The notes under the pieces are model-generated. The model worked only from the letters and a program-made list of their open reading frames with translations. It did no database searches and was not told the origin of the DNA. A stretch of 64,000 nt of DNA, taken from Candidatus Anstonellales archaeon (lineage in GTDB: Archaea > Micrarchaeota > Micrarchaeia > Anstonellales > J096). Numbering within the stretch: position 1 is the first letter of the stretch; each line of letters opens with the position of its first letter. Location of the stretch: contig JAWACY010000001.1 of NCBI GenBank assembly GCA_038896535.1, forward strand, positions 198,397 through 262,396, in the 5' to 3' direction. Both the position numbers and the translations under genes were made by a program. Shown here piece after piece: positions 29,654 through 40,460 of this stretch.

Positions 29654-30649
29654 ATGCCACTAAATAAAACAATAAAAAAAGGAAAAAATGTAGTTGCTAG
29701 TAAAAAGAAGCAGGAAAATGCAGAAGAAGGGATACATGTAAAAGTAGTGAAGAAATGCCCAGAATGTGGGAGCAATGATATAGTAAGAGATTACACAAGA
29801 GGGGAGATGATTTGCAGGAATTGCGGGCTCGTTATAGCAGAAAACCTAGAAGATTTTGGCCCAGAATGGAGAAGCTTTGATACAGAGCAAAAGGCAAAAA
29901 GAGCAAGAGGTGGATCTCCAGTAACATTAATGAAGCCCCATAAGGGACTTGTTACTGAAATAGACCAATATAATAAAGATATAAGGGGCGCAAGAATAGA
30001 TGTAAAGCAGCAAGCACAATTGCACAGGCTTAGAAAATGGCATAGACGTGTTTCAGTAGCAACAAGCTTTGAAAAAAATCTGGCCATTGCACTTTCAGAA
30101 CTTGATAGAGTTGGTTCAACATTAGGCTTACCAAATAATGTTAAAGAGGCAGCAGCAAATCTGTATAGGAAAGCAGTAAAGCAAGAGCTTATAAGAGGAA
30201 GGCTTATTGAAAGCATTGTTGCAGCAATAATATATTCAATATGCAGAATACATGGAATACCAAGAACATTGGAAGAGATAAGTAAAGCAAGCGGGATAGA
30301 GAAAAAAGAAATAGGCAGGGCTTACAGATTTTTGAAAAAAGAGCTAGATATAAATATTCCATTGACAGATCCCAGCAATTATGTGCCAAAATTCGCTTCT
30401 GCACTTGGGCTAAGTCCTAAAGTCCAGGAAGAAGCAGTAAAGCTTATTAAGAAGTCATTGAAAAAAGGCCTTATATCTGGTAGAGGCCCAACTGGTGTTG
30501 CAGCAGCAGCAATATACATAGCAGCAGCTGAGCAAGGAGAGAGAAAAACACAAAAAGAGGTTGCTGAAGTAGCAGGAGTTACAGAAGTGACAATAAGAAA
30601 TAGGTATAGAGAGCTTAAAAAAGAACTTGGCCTTAAAATAAATCTTTAA
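29654..30649 (+). CDS. tfb: Transcription initiation factor IIB (TFB)
   Basis: N-terminal Zn-ribbon CPECGS...CRNCG, a B-reader/linker region, and two cyclin-fold repeats. 331 aa. Confidence 0.95.
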   Translation: MPLNKTIKKGKNVVASKKKQENAEEGIHVKVVKKCPECGSNDIVRDYTRGEMICRNCGLVIAENLEDFGPEWRSFDTEQKAKRARGGSPVTLMKPHKGLVTEIDQYNKDIRGARIDVKQQAQLHRLRKWHRRVSVATSFEKNLAIALSELDRVGSTLGLPNNVKEAAANLYRKAVKQELIRGRLIESIVAAIIYSICRIHGIPRTLEEISKASGIEKKEIGRAYRFLKKELDINIPLTDPSNYVPKFASALGLSPKVQEEAVKLIKKSLKKGLISGRGPTGVAAAAIYIAAAEQGERKTQKEVAEVAGVTEVTIRNRYRELKKELGLKINL

Positions 30650-30697
30650 TCTTTTCTTTTTTTAGCCATACATTAGCATAAGTTAGAGAAGCGTAAA

Positions 30698-31333
30698 ATG
30701 CAAGAAATGCATGAAATAAATAACTTGTTAATTTATAAAAAGCTTAAAAGATTCTATGGCAGCAGGCATGATTGGTGGCCTTGGGGCAATTCCATATTCA
30801 TGCCAGTTTCAGCAATATTAACACAAGCCACGAGCTGGAAAAATGTAGAGAAAGCAGTAAGAAACTTAAAAAGCAATAACCTTGATAGTATTGTTAAATT
30901 GCTTTCTATTGGTGAAAAAAAGCTTGCTGAACTAATAAAGCCAGCAGGATTTTACAGACAAAAGGCAAAGAGATTAAGGGCTTTATTGCAACTATTACAT
31001 AAGCATAAGAGAATAACAAGAAAAAAGCTTTTATCATTAAATGGCATAGGTAAAGAAACGGCTGACAGCATATTATTGTATTATTTTAACAGGCCATATT
31101 TCGTAATTGATGCCTATACAAAAAGGTTTCATAAGAGGTTAACTGGAAAAGATGAAAAAGAATATGATAAGCTTGCTTCAATATACGGGAAAGGATTAAG
31201 CGTTAGGCAAATGAAAGAGATGCATGCCCTTATTGTGGAACATTCAAAACATGTTTGTAAAAAGAAACCAGATTGTATGGCATGTCCTTTAAAAGATATA
31301 TGCCATTACTTTATATATGAAAAAAGAGCATGA
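30698..31333 (+). CDS. HhH-GPD superfamily base-excision DNA glycosylase (endonuclease III-like, with a 4Fe-4S cluster loop)
   Basis: Helix-hairpin-helix LNGIGKETADSILLY and the C-terminal Cys cluster C-x7-C-x2-C-x5-C (HVCKKKPDCMACPLKDICHY). Confidence 0.75.
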   Translation: MQEMHEINNLLIYKKLKRFYGSRHDWWPWGNSIFMPVSAILTQATSWKNVEKAVRNLKSNNLDSIVKLLSIGEKKLAELIKPAGFYRQKAKRLRALLQLLHKHKRITRKKLLSLNGIGKETADSILLYYFNRPYFVIDAYTKRFHKRLTGKDEKEYDKLASIYGKGLSVRQMKEMHALIVEHSKHVCKKKPDCMACPLKDICHYFIYEKRA

Positions 31334-32525
31334 AAAAATTTTTACAACGCAGCCCATATTTGAGCCATCTGAATTGCCAGCCTTTAAAGAGAAACAGTTT
31401 GATTCTATTTCTTTATTACCTGAGCAAAAAAGCCCTTCAACTATTTCACAATTTTTAGATTTTATAGAGTCATTGCTACCAATGCTTTTATTCCTTGGCA
31501 TTTCATTAAGCAAAAGCGATATAGAAAGGCTTTTTGCACTTGCTAATAAACCAGATAGCATGGAAAAAATAAGAGACATGGAGGAAATAGCAAAAAGCTT
31601 ACCAGAAAATTTTGATATAAGGGCAAAGGCATTAAAGCTTGCAGCAATGTCAATAATGGAATTTTGCCATACTTATGGATGTTTGCCAGAAGCAAAAAAG
31701 CTTGCTTATGATTGGGAAAAGGAAAAAATGGCAAAGCGTGCTAAAATGGAAGATATCCCAGCAAGTTTGCCATCTTTACAAGATTTGGTAAAAGAAAAAG
31801 AATTAAAATTAGAGAAAAATGTTTATCTAACAAGATTTGTTTATATGATATCAAAGACAGTTGAGGAAAAAAATAAAGAAAAGGCTTATATGGATTTATT
31901 AACTGCAATAAATGCAAATAAAGAATTAAGCAGGATAGCAACAAACGCAATAATAGAGGAGGAGATAAAAAAAGGAAATTTCCAAGCAGCAGAGCAAATA
32001 ATAAAGAAAGCAGATTCATTTGGCGTAGGTTACGATTTTACTATAACGTTAAAAAATGATATAAGAGGAGTAGAAGAAGAGAAAAAAGAAAAAGAAGAAA
32101 GCATAAAAAGAGAAAAGAAAGAAGAGCAGGAAAAACAAGAAAAAGAACGTGATATTAAAATAGAGGGCAGCGATTACCAAATATTGATAAAACATGACAT
32201 GATAAAAGAGGCAATGGAAGAAAATAAATTGGCTGATATTAAGTTTGACATAAGCAAGGATATGCAAGAATTGATAATAAGAATTTTTTTATCTGGCAAC
32301 ATTGTTGCTAATTTTTCTGGTGATGGCATATATTTTGTTATTGAAAAAGAAGATAGCTCAGTTTTAAAAATAGTGGCGAATGAAACATTTAAACTTGATT
32401 ATGGTAATTATAAATTAATTGGCCCATTTGATATTATATTAGAATCAAGATATGGGCACATATTATATAAAGTTAAAGAACAAGTTATTGTCCATTTGAC
32501 TGTAAAAAGAAAAATGCAAGCATAA
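31317..32525 (+). CDS. Hypothetical protein with a K/E-rich coiled-coil centre
   Basis: 402-aa ORF overlapping the 3' end of the preceding gene. Low-complexity EEEKKEKEE region. No motif. Confidence 0.45.
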   Translation: MKKEHEKIFTTQPIFEPSELPAFKEKQFDSISLLPEQKSPSTISQFLDFIESLLPMLLFLGISLSKSDIERLFALANKPDSMEKIRDMEEIAKSLPENFDIRAKALKLAAMSIMEFCHTYGCLPEAKKLAYDWEKEKMAKRAKMEDIPASLPSLQDLVKEKELKLEKNVYLTRFVYMISKTVEEKNKEKAYMDLLTAINANKELSRIATNAIIEEEIKKGNFQAAEQIIKKADSFGVGYDFTITLKNDIRGVEEEKKEKEESIKREKKEEQEKQEKERDIKIEGSDYQILIKHDMIKEAMEENKLADIKFDISKDMQELIIRIFLSGNIVANFSGDGIYFVIEKEDSSVLKIVANETFKLDYGNYKLIGPFDIILESRYGHILYKVKEQVIVHLTVKRKMQA

Positions 32526-32549
32526 AAAATTTTCTATTTAATATATATT

Positions 32550-34571
32550 ATGCATGCTCTAGATTTTGAATCATTTTTTGACAGATTTTTTTCAAATGCT
32601 TATATAAATCATGTAAAGCTACTAATGGCTAATTTTCCAAAGAAAAAAAGCTTGAACATTGATTGGCATGATATTGAAAGATATGATCAAATAATTGCAG
32701 ATGAGATATTAAAAAATCCTGAGCAGGCAATAGAAGGGGCAAAGGCAGCTTTAAGAAATTTTGCTGAATTTTCAAGATATGGAAATGTTCCAAATCCAAG
32801 GTTTTATAACTTGCCCCAAACATCGAGCTTTTTTATAGAGAGCATAGGCTCAAAGCACATAAATCAATTAATATCATTTAAAGGGCTTGTATCAAGAAGG
32901 GGGGAAGCATTAAATAAAGCAAGGATTCTTTTTTATAAATGTTCAAATTGTGAGGAGATCTTTAAAATCATAGTAGATGAAAATTTTGTTAAACCAAACA
33001 AATGTAAAAAATGCAATAAAGGCAGTTTAAGGCAAATGACAGAGAGAAGCAGCTTTATTGATTATCAAAGAATAGAAGTGCAGGACCTTCTTGAAAGGGT
33101 AATGCCAGGAACTCAAGCAGCTAAAATATATTGCATAGTAGAAGATGATCTTGTTAATTACGTAGTCCCAGGGGATAATGTTGAAATAACAGGCGTATTA
33201 AAAATAAATCAATCAAGGGCTGGCAATAACCTTTTTAGCAATTATGTTGAAGTTGTGCATATAAATAAACTTAAGAAGGAATTTGAAGAGCTTGATATAA
33301 CAAATGAAGATAGAGAAAAAATACATAATTTTGCTAAATCGCAAGATGTTACAAATGAAATAGCACAGCTTATAGCCCCCGATATATATGGTTATGATGA
33401 AATAAAAATTGCATTAGCATTACAGCTTTTTGGTGGGACTAAAGATAAAGTTTCTCCAGCAGGTATGCAATTAAGAGATAATATACATGTATTACTTATA
33501 GGCGATCCAGGCATAGCAAAAACGAAATTTTTACAAGAAGTGTGCAGCATTGCTCCAAAAAGTATATATGTAAGCGGAAAAGGTGTTAGTGGAGCAGGTT
33601 TAACGGCAACAGCAGAAAAGGATGAGTTATCTGGTGGTGGATGGACATTAAAAGCAGGGGCTTTAGTATTAGCAAGCGGAGGCATAGCAGCAATAGATGA
33701 ATTTGATAAAATAGACGATACTGACAGAGCAGCATTGCACGAAGTAATGGAAAGCGGAAAAATAAGCATGGCAAAAGCTGGAATTGTTGCAACGTTCAAA
33801 GCTAAAACATCAATATTGGCAGCAGCAAATCCAAAGCTTGGCAGGTTTATTGACTCTAAAAATATAACCGAGCAATTTAATATACCGCCATCCCTATTAA
33901 CAAGATTCGATTTAATATTTCCAATAAGAGATATATCAAGTGAAGAAAAAGATAGAAAGCTGGCAAGACATATTCTGAATTTGCATTTACAATCAAAAAA
34001 TGAAAGCGACGAGCAAATAAAAGAAAAGAAAATATTCATAAGGAAATATATCGCCTATGCCAGAACACACATAAACCCAAGGCTTACAAAGGAAGCAATG
34101 GAAGAATTAGAAAACTTTTATACAGAAATGAGAAGGGCAGGGGAAAAAACTGGCACTGTAGCAATAACACCAAGATATCTTGAAGGCATTATAAGAATTG
34201 CAGAAGCACATGCGAAAATGAGATTGAGCCATAGAGTCGAGCTGAGAGATGTTGAAGTGGCAATAAAGCTTATGAAGAAAATGCTTTATGAGATAATGAC
34301 AGATAAGGAAACTGGTGTGCTTGATGTTGATATCATACATTCTGGAGTAAGTGCAAAACAGAGAGATTTAATGAACTTTGTTATATCAATAATACAAAAA
34401 TTACAAAAGGAATATGATAGTGTAGAAAGAAGAATGGTCATAGAAGAAGCAAGGCATTTAAGGCCAGATGTTGATGAGAACAAAATAAATGAAATAATAG
34501 AGAAGGCAAAAAAAGAAGGCCTTTTATATGAGCCCGGCCATGGTTTAATAAAGATTATTGAGACGGATTAA
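32550..34571 (+). CDS. mcm: MCM replicative helicase
   Basis: Zn finger CSNCEE..CKKCNKGS, Walker A GDPGIAKTKFL, Walker B/arginine-finger region (DEFDKIDD, ANP..GRF), and a C-terminal wH. 673 aa. Confidence 0.95.
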   Translation: MHALDFESFFDRFFSNAYINHVKLLMANFPKKKSLNIDWHDIERYDQIIADEILKNPEQAIEGAKAALRNFAEFSRYGNVPNPRFYNLPQTSSFFIESIGSKHINQLISFKGLVSRRGEALNKARILFYKCSNCEEIFKIIVDENFVKPNKCKKCNKGSLRQMTERSSFIDYQRIEVQDLLERVMPGTQAAKIYCIVEDDLVNYVVPGDNVEITGVLKINQSRAGNNLFSNYVEVVHINKLKKEFEELDITNEDREKIHNFAKSQDVTNEIAQLIAPDIYGYDEIKIALALQLFGGTKDKVSPAGMQLRDNIHVLLIGDPGIAKTKFLQEVCSIAPKSIYVSGKGVSGAGLTATAEKDELSGGGWTLKAGALVLASGGIAAIDEFDKIDDTDRAALHEVMESGKISMAKAGIVATFKAKTSILAAANPKLGRFIDSKNITEQFNIPPSLLTRFDLIFPIRDISSEEKDRKLARHILNLHLQSKNESDEQIKEKKIFIRKYIAYARTHINPRLTKEAMEELENFYTEMRRAGEKTGTVAITPRYLEGIIRIAEAHAKMRLSHRVELRDVEVAIKLMKKMLYEIMTDKETGVLDVDIIHSGVSAKQRDLMNFVISIIQKLQKEYDSVERRMVIEEARHLRPDVDENKINEIIEKAKKEGLLYEPGHGLIKIIETD

Positions 34572-34612
34572 TAGAAATATAATGGGATATGAATAGGGAG
34601 TAGAGTGGTTAA

Positions 34613-35407
34613 ATGGTTGTATTGGAACATTTCTTTAAATATGCATTTGTCATAATAATATCATATTTACTTGCAATAGCAACTTTATCAAATCAAAGTC
34701 AACCATTGCAACAATTGCCTCCAAATGAGGAAGTTGCAATAACAAGTTTTATTTTCTTTCTTATTGGTGCTTTGCTTATTTTCATAGCAATAAAATATCT
34801 GAATGTCGGTTTTTTGCTGAACATTTTTGAATTTATTCTTTTATTTTTCTCTTCATATGTTATTGCATATGCTCTGCTTCAAAATTATGGCCTTGCTTTA
34901 ATAGCAGCAATAGCAACAACATTTTTAAGGGCGCTTAGATTTATCTCAATGAATAACGCTGCATTAATAACAAGTATTGGCGGCGCTTTAATAATAGGTG
35001 TAATTTTTCCAATATTTCCCCTAATAATTTTTGCCTTTTTGCTTGTTTTGTATGACATATTCGCTGTATTCATATCTGGCCACATGATAGAGCTGGCGCA
35101 TATAGCAAAAAAGCAAGAAGCAGCAATGGCAATAGAGACAAAGCAGATAAAAAAAATTGGCAGGAAAAAAGCAATATTATCTATCATTATGGGGACTGGT
35201 GATTTTGTATTGCCCTCAGCAATTGCTATAAGCTCTATTCAACAATCAATGCCTTTAAGCTTGTATATGCTTCTTGCTGGTTTAATTGGCTATTGGTTTG
35301 TCATGCTTGTACTTTATAAACTAAAAAGGCCTTTGCCTGCCCTGCCATTTATACTTTTCCCGCAATTTATCATATTTTTGTTGTATTTTTTGGGTTTTAG
35401 TATATAA
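34613..35407 (+). CDS. Presenilin/signal-peptide-peptidase family intramembrane aspartyl protease (A22-like, archaeal PSH-type)
   Basis: Polytopic membrane protein with the YD motif (LVLYDIFAVF), the GxGD motif (IMGTGDFVLP) and the PAL motif (RPLPALPFIL), all within TM helices and in the canonical order. Confidence 0.55.
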   Translation: MVVLEHFFKYAFVIIISYLLAIATLSNQSQPLQQLPPNEEVAITSFIFFLIGALLIFIAIKYLNVGFLLNIFEFILLFFSSYVIAYALLQNYGLALIAAIATTFLRALRFISMNNAALITSIGGALIIGVIFPIFPLIIFAFLLVLYDIFAVFISGHMIELAHIAKKQEAAMAIETKQIKKIGRKKAILSIIMGTGDFVLPSAIAISSIQQSMPLSLYMLLAGLIGYWFVMLVLYKLKRPLPALPFILFPQFIIFLLYFLGFSI

Positions 35408-35481
35408 TTTATAAATCTTTATAGCAATAAATTTTATATATAGCATTTAATATAGTTATTAATGTTTGAGTAAATGCTTTA

Positions 35482-38400
35482 ATGGTTGGTCATATGGGGA
35501 ATAAAAATTTTATGTATGGCATAAAACATGGCATAAAGCATTGCCCAAATATTTTTTTAATTGCGCTTTTGATTATAATATTAACAAATATTTCGTTTTC
35601 ACTTAACTTCATATCAACAATAGAAAAAAAAGGCAATGAAATAGAGATAACATTTTATCCATATAAAATTCAAGAACTTCCATATCAATCAAACCCAAGG
35701 CAGACAACAATACAGATATTGCCATACAACCAAGCTGATATAGAAAGCTTTACTTATTATGTTGAAATAATAAATGCTTCTGGCTCAGTAATATCTTCTT
35801 TTTCAGATTCACAACTCAAAACTTCTATGAAAAGGGGCACAATAAATTTTAATAATGCAAACATACAGGGAGTTATATTTACAATACCTAGCCCTGCTTT
35901 AAATCAGGAATGTGCAATTGTAAAATTAAGTATAGCCGGCATAATAGAAGAAAACAATGCCAGAAATTCATTTGATGAAAAAAGACAAGAAGTGATATGT
36001 GAAAAATCATACCCCCTGGCTTTTAGACAAGGCCTTTCTGATTTATTAACTGCTATTAATTCAAATGCTGGAGTGTGTTACTCAATATTATTCATTTTTG
36101 TTTTTGCTGCTGCTGCATATTATGCTAGATTTGGAAGTACAATAATATCATTATATGATGTTGTAAGTCCGAAAGTATTCAAACTTAAAGAGCCGATATA
36201 TTCTTTAATGAGTGTTTCTCCAAGAGGAGAAATAGCAAAAAAGCTTGAAGAAGCAGATAGAAAAGTAAGAGCCGCTCTATATAAAGATTATGAAGAAAAG
36301 CTCAAACAAGCAGGGATAAATGAAGGAAAGCAATTAAGTTCTTCTGTATTTGAGAAACATCTATTAACTGATAAAAAGTATAAGGAGATAATTGAAGAGA
36401 TAAAAAAGAACATTGATACAGGAGAAAAAATCATAGAACGGTCTAATTTTTCAAAAGAGGAAAAAAAACTCCTCCGAACATATTTAATATTATTGATGCT
36501 TGAACAGATAAAAAGTCCATTTGCTCCAGCAAGCGGCGTAGCAAGGCCAGAAGCAAAAAGAGTTGCGGCTGTTTTGAGGCCTTTTAAATATGTTGGCAAA
36601 ATTAAAGAGGTTAAGTATATTGGAAAACCATTAAATTGGCTTGCTTTGCCGTTGGTGTTAACATCAAAACAAATAGCATCATCTGCTTATACTATTTCAA
36701 AAGCGCCAAGAGCAGTTATAGAATATTTTGGCTTGGGTGAAGCTGCCAGACAAGCAAGAAAAGCAATTATTGAGAAAGAAATAGAGCCAAAAGGCGAAAA
36801 AGAGAAAAGAATGCGCAATATCATAGAACTATTAGCAGGCCCAGAAAAGAAGCATAACATCATTGACATAGCTGTATTTAACAAAATGCCTTCAGAAATA
36901 GAGGATCATTTAAGAAGAGGGCTTGCTGTTCAAGCTATTGAAATAGCCCTTGATAAAAACAGAGAGTTAAAGACAGCATTTAGAGAAATGCAAGAAGAAC
37001 TTGCTAATTTTAAAAGCAGCAAGGACATAACAAACAAAATAAATTCAATAATTGAAAGATTTGGGTCAGATAAAGATAGGGAAAATTTAAAGCTTATAAT
37101 TGAGATCATTAAGGCAGAAAACAGTTATGGAATGCTTGAACTGTTTAATAAATTTTTAGATAAGAATAATATAGATGATCAGATAAAGGGAAAGATAAAT
37201 GACATAATAAAATTGAAGGACAAAGGGATTACAAATATTGAATTAAACATTTTATTTAGCGATTTTATATCAAGAGATTTGCACGATTTTTCTGTTAGGC
37301 AAAGGCTTATAGGACCATATGGAGATGAATCAAGAGATAAAAATAAAAAAACTAAAGACGCCCTTTTTTATCTATTTTTGAACCACCTATATAATGAGTT
37401 TATATTTTTATTTGATAAGCAGCAGTTATCAAACCTTGATGAAGGAGCATTTATTTTATGCGCAAAAATAGCAGCACGCATGGCTTCATATGAAGCTATA
37501 AAGGCGATATACGGGCATGCAGAGAAAGCAGAAATAATTGCTAATTTCTATTCAGCATTAAAAGGAAAGCTTGAAAAAGGGGATAAAGAGCAAAAAGCAC
37601 TGGCAGCATTAATTGACATTGAAATAATTAAGAGAAGAGCAGAGCAAGCAGAAGAGCATTATAAAAACATAGTTGATTATGCAGATAGGATTAAAGAGAG
37701 ACTTAATATTGATATTAAGGGAAAGCTTTATGATTACATTTTTTCACATGAAAAAGAATTTTCTATTCCAGATGAAATGGCTAGGCCTGCATATATAGGG
37801 TTCAGGCCACAAAAAATAACAAATGAGGATATAGAATTCATTAATAAAGCAAGCATTAATATGCTTCCAGTTTATTTAACTGAAAAATACTACAAATTTA
37901 ACATATCGCTTTTAAATGAAATTACAAATTCATTAAGAGGGGCAATATCAGAAGTCGGCGTTTTTAAAGAAAGGTTTTCATCTAATGTATTGAGTTTAAC
38001 ACTCCAGACATTACTTGAAGAAAGGTCTGACAGGCTTTTGGGCTCTGGCATAGATGAGTTAAGAATGAAAAAAGACCTTTTATTGGGCTACATAATTTAT
38101 ATAAGCGAGAGGTATGACATTAGAGATAATGAAGGCATATATAAAAAACTGGAGGAAATTTCTAAAAACGGAATATCTGAAACAGAACTTGAAATAGCAA
38201 GTAAAAGAGGATTTTTGATAGGAAAAACAAAAGACAATGAAGTAATATTAATACCAACAGCAAGCGTTATGAACAAAGTTTTAATATCAGAGAAAGAAAA
38301 GAACAGTTTTCTTGGTTTTAGTGATAACACTAAAGAGAGGATAATGTCGAAATTAGAAAGGATAAAAGAAAATCCATTACTGTTCCTTGAGAGATTATCA

Positions 38401-40404
38401 ACATTTTATATAACCATAAGCGGAATTGAAGAGTATTATATACTAACAAATGATGGCGGTGTGCCAAAGTTAAATAGTTTAAAGCCTTCAGAAGCTTATA
38501 TAGACAGTGAAACAAAGGAAAGAATAGAGAATGTATTAAAAGCATTAGAGCAAAAATTAGGGCAAAAAATGCAATTAACTGATTTATTCAATGCAGATGT
38601 TAATAAATTTAATGATTATATAAAACAATTACAGAAAAATGGCTTATCAGAACTAGACATTTTCAAGCTTGCTTATTCATATTATAAGCATAAAAAAGAA
38701 ATTAATGAAAGGATATATCTTGGCGATATAGATGTTTTTAGAAATCCACAAGATTATAATTTAATAATAGGAACAAAAGAAGAAATAAAACAAAAGCTCA
38801 TTCAACTAAAACAGCTCTCTCCTTTGTTTGAGGCTCTATCACCCGGAGCAGAAAATATAGAAAGTATAAAAGCAACAAAGTTCAAATTCAAAAATGCAAT
38901 GCAGGAACTTTTTGAAGGTTTCATAAATACTCCTTTATCTATTTATCAAGCCCTACATCCATTTGAGGGCATAGAATATATGCCTTATATTAACGCCATG
39001 AACTTTTACAGAGTTGAAGAAATAAAGGAATTGGCAAAGCGTACTGGAGATATAGATAAGGAAAATTTCAAAGAAGCAATAAAGCTTTATGAAGAGCATT
39101 TTAATTCAATGGGTTTCTTCCTTGACAGGAGTGCAAATAATGTTGTAGCTTCATATTTAGATGATGAGCATACAAAATATGCAATAGCCAAACATTATAG
39201 AGGAAGCATATTTGTTCCAGCAGGATTTTTAACTGGAAAAGAAGGAGTTATAAATATAAATAAATCAATGTATATAGATGCTCCACTTTTGGGGCTTTAT
39301 TCCCCAATATTCTCTATAGCAACAAGATTAGCAGAACCAAAGATAAAATTACTTGCTTTAGTAAATCAAGCGCTTTATAGGCCTAGATATTATAATACAG
39401 GTTATGATATATCTCATGATTATGACGAAAATCTGCGTGAATACTTAGAGAAAAAATATAATATGAGAGAACAGGAAATTAAATTTTTGGGCCATATAAG
39501 AAATGTTTCTGGTAATTATTTTAATTATACAGCAGAAACAACTGCTATAAGGCATGCAGCAGCACTAAGACATGCAATATCACTTGGAGCTGGCTATTCA
39601 GTTCCTCTTGCCACAGCTTTATTTGGGGCTATGTTTGGGCCAGTAGGTTTAATGTTAACTGAAAGCGCAAGGTTAATGACTTCTTCATTTTATGGCACTA
39701 AATATAGCTATCTTGATAAATTTTTAATGAGGTTAAACAAAGATGAATTAAATTCATACATAACATTGAATGACCTTTATTATAGAGCAGCATTGCATCA
39801 AGAACAATTGCAATGGTATAAAAGAGGCATAGCTTCTGCTTATGGGCCGATAGGAGCAGTTTTAGGTTATGGTTACTACTCATATATGACAGGCCAGCTA
39901 AGGCCAGAACCAGCACTCATAAGGAGCTATGCCAGATGGATGCAAAGATATGAGAATAAGCCATTTGATATAAATGCATATCAAATAGCATTAAATCTTG
40001 GCAATTACAGGCTTGCTGATACTGATATGCTTGAAGCAGCTGAAAAAACAGCAGCAATTAAAGAATGGGGGAAGCTTGAATGGAATAAACTTGCTTATAC
40101 ATTTATTTTTCCTTCATTAATAGTGAATTTTGCAATTGAAAACATGGCACATTATGGAAAAGGCCTATATAAAGAAGGAAAAGCAAGAGGCTTAAAAGCT
40201 GCTGGTAAGAAAGTAGCTAAGGACATATCCGCTGTTTCAGCTACAACATTATTATTATATCTAAGTCCAGCAGCTGCTGTTGTTGTCCCCTCATATATAT
40301 TAAAACATTCTTTGGCAAGCATTAGAGCAATATGTCCAAATTGTAAGAGAGAAAGGCAAAAAAATGTCGAATGTCCATATTGTGGTTATGTAGGATTTGT
40401 TTAA
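35482..40404 (+). CDS. Giant hypothetical protein (1640 aa): N-terminal signal anchor, very large mostly alpha-helical body, C-terminal cluster of TM helices and a terminal CxxC..CxxC zinc ribbon
   Basis: Single uninterrupted ORF. N-terminal hydrophobic IFLIALLIIILTNISF. C-terminal hydrophobic segments from ~residue 1300, ending CPNCKRERQKNVECPYCGYVGFV. Confidence 0.6.
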   Translation: MVGHMGNKNFMYGIKHGIKHCPNIFLIALLIIILTNISFSLNFISTIEKKGNEIEITFYPYKIQELPYQSNPRQTTIQILPYNQADIESFTYYVEIINASGSVISSFSDSQLKTSMKRGTINFNNANIQGVIFTIPSPALNQECAIVKLSIAGIIEENNARNSFDEKRQEVICEKSYPLAFRQGLSDLLTAINSNAGVCYSILFIFVFAAAAYYARFGSTIISLYDVVSPKVFKLKEPIYSLMSVSPRGEIAKKLEEADRKVRAALYKDYEEKLKQAGINEGKQLSSSVFEKHLLTDKKYKEIIEEIKKNIDTGEKIIERSNFSKEEKKLLRTYLILLMLEQIKSPFAPASGVARPEAKRVAAVLRPFKYVGKIKEVKYIGKPLNWLALPLVLTSKQIASSAYTISKAPRAVIEYFGLGEAARQARKAIIEKEIEPKGEKEKRMRNIIELLAGPEKKHNIIDIAVFNKMPSEIEDHLRRGLAVQAIEIALDKNRELKTAFREMQEELANFKSSKDITNKINSIIERFGSDKDRENLKLIIEIIKAENSYGMLELFNKFLDKNNIDDQIKGKINDIIKLKDKGITNIELNILFSDFISRDLHDFSVRQRLIGPYGDESRDKNKKTKDALFYLFLNHLYNEFIFLFDKQQLSNLDEGAFILCAKIAARMASYEAIKAIYGHAEKAEIIANFYSALKGKLEKGDKEQKALAALIDIEIIKRRAEQAEEHYKNIVDYADRIKERLNIDIKGKLYDYIFSHEKEFSIPDEMARPAYIGFRPQKITNEDIEFINKASINMLPVYLTEKYYKFNISLLNEITNSLRGAISEVGVFKERFSSNVLSLTLQTLLEERSDRLLGSGIDELRMKKDLLLGYIIYISERYDIRDNEGIYKKLEEISKNGISETELEIASKRGFLIGKTKDNEVILIPTASVMNKVLISEKEKNSFLGFSDNTKERIMSKLERIKENPLLFLERLSTFYITISGIEEYYILTNDGGVPKLNSLKPSEAYIDSETKERIENVLKALEQKLGQKMQLTDLFNADVNKFNDYIKQLQKNGLSELDIFKLAYSYYKHKKEINERIYLGDIDVFRNPQDYNLIIGTKEEIKQKLIQLKQLSPLFEALSPGAENIESIKATKFKFKNAMQELFEGFINTPLSIYQALHPFEGIEYMPYINAMNFYRVEEIKELAKRTGDIDKENFKEAIKLYEEHFNSMGFFLDRSANNVVASYLDDEHTKYAIAKHYRGSIFVPAGFLTGKEGVININKSMYIDAPLLGLYSPIFSIATRLAEPKIKLLALVNQALYRPRYYNTGYDISHDYDENLREYLEKKYNMREQEIKFLGHIRNVSGNYFNYTAETTAIRHAAALRHAISLGAGYSVPLATALFGAMFGPVGLMLTESARLMTSSFYGTKYSYLDKFLMRLNKDELNSYITLNDLYYRAALHQEQLQWYKRGIASAYGPIGAVLGYGYYSYMTGQLRPEPALIRSYARWMQRYENKPFDINAYQIALNLGNYRLADTDMLEAAEKTAAIKEWGKLEWNKLAYTFIFPSLIVNFAIENMAHYGKGLYKEGKARGLKAAGKKVAKDISAVSATTLLLYLSPAAAVVVPSYILKHSLASIRAICPNCKRERQKNVECPYCGYVGFV

Positions 40405-40460
40405 TTCATTATTCCTATCAGTTAGTCTTATCAAATAGCAAATAGATAATTATAAATTTT

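Noticed and set aside
33392-34039. 215-aa antisense ORF inside mcm, plus similar antisense ORFs inside gyrA, gyrB, fusA, leuA and the giant protein
   Set aside because: They lie opposite strongly supported genes and have low-complexity translations, so they are shadow ORFs.
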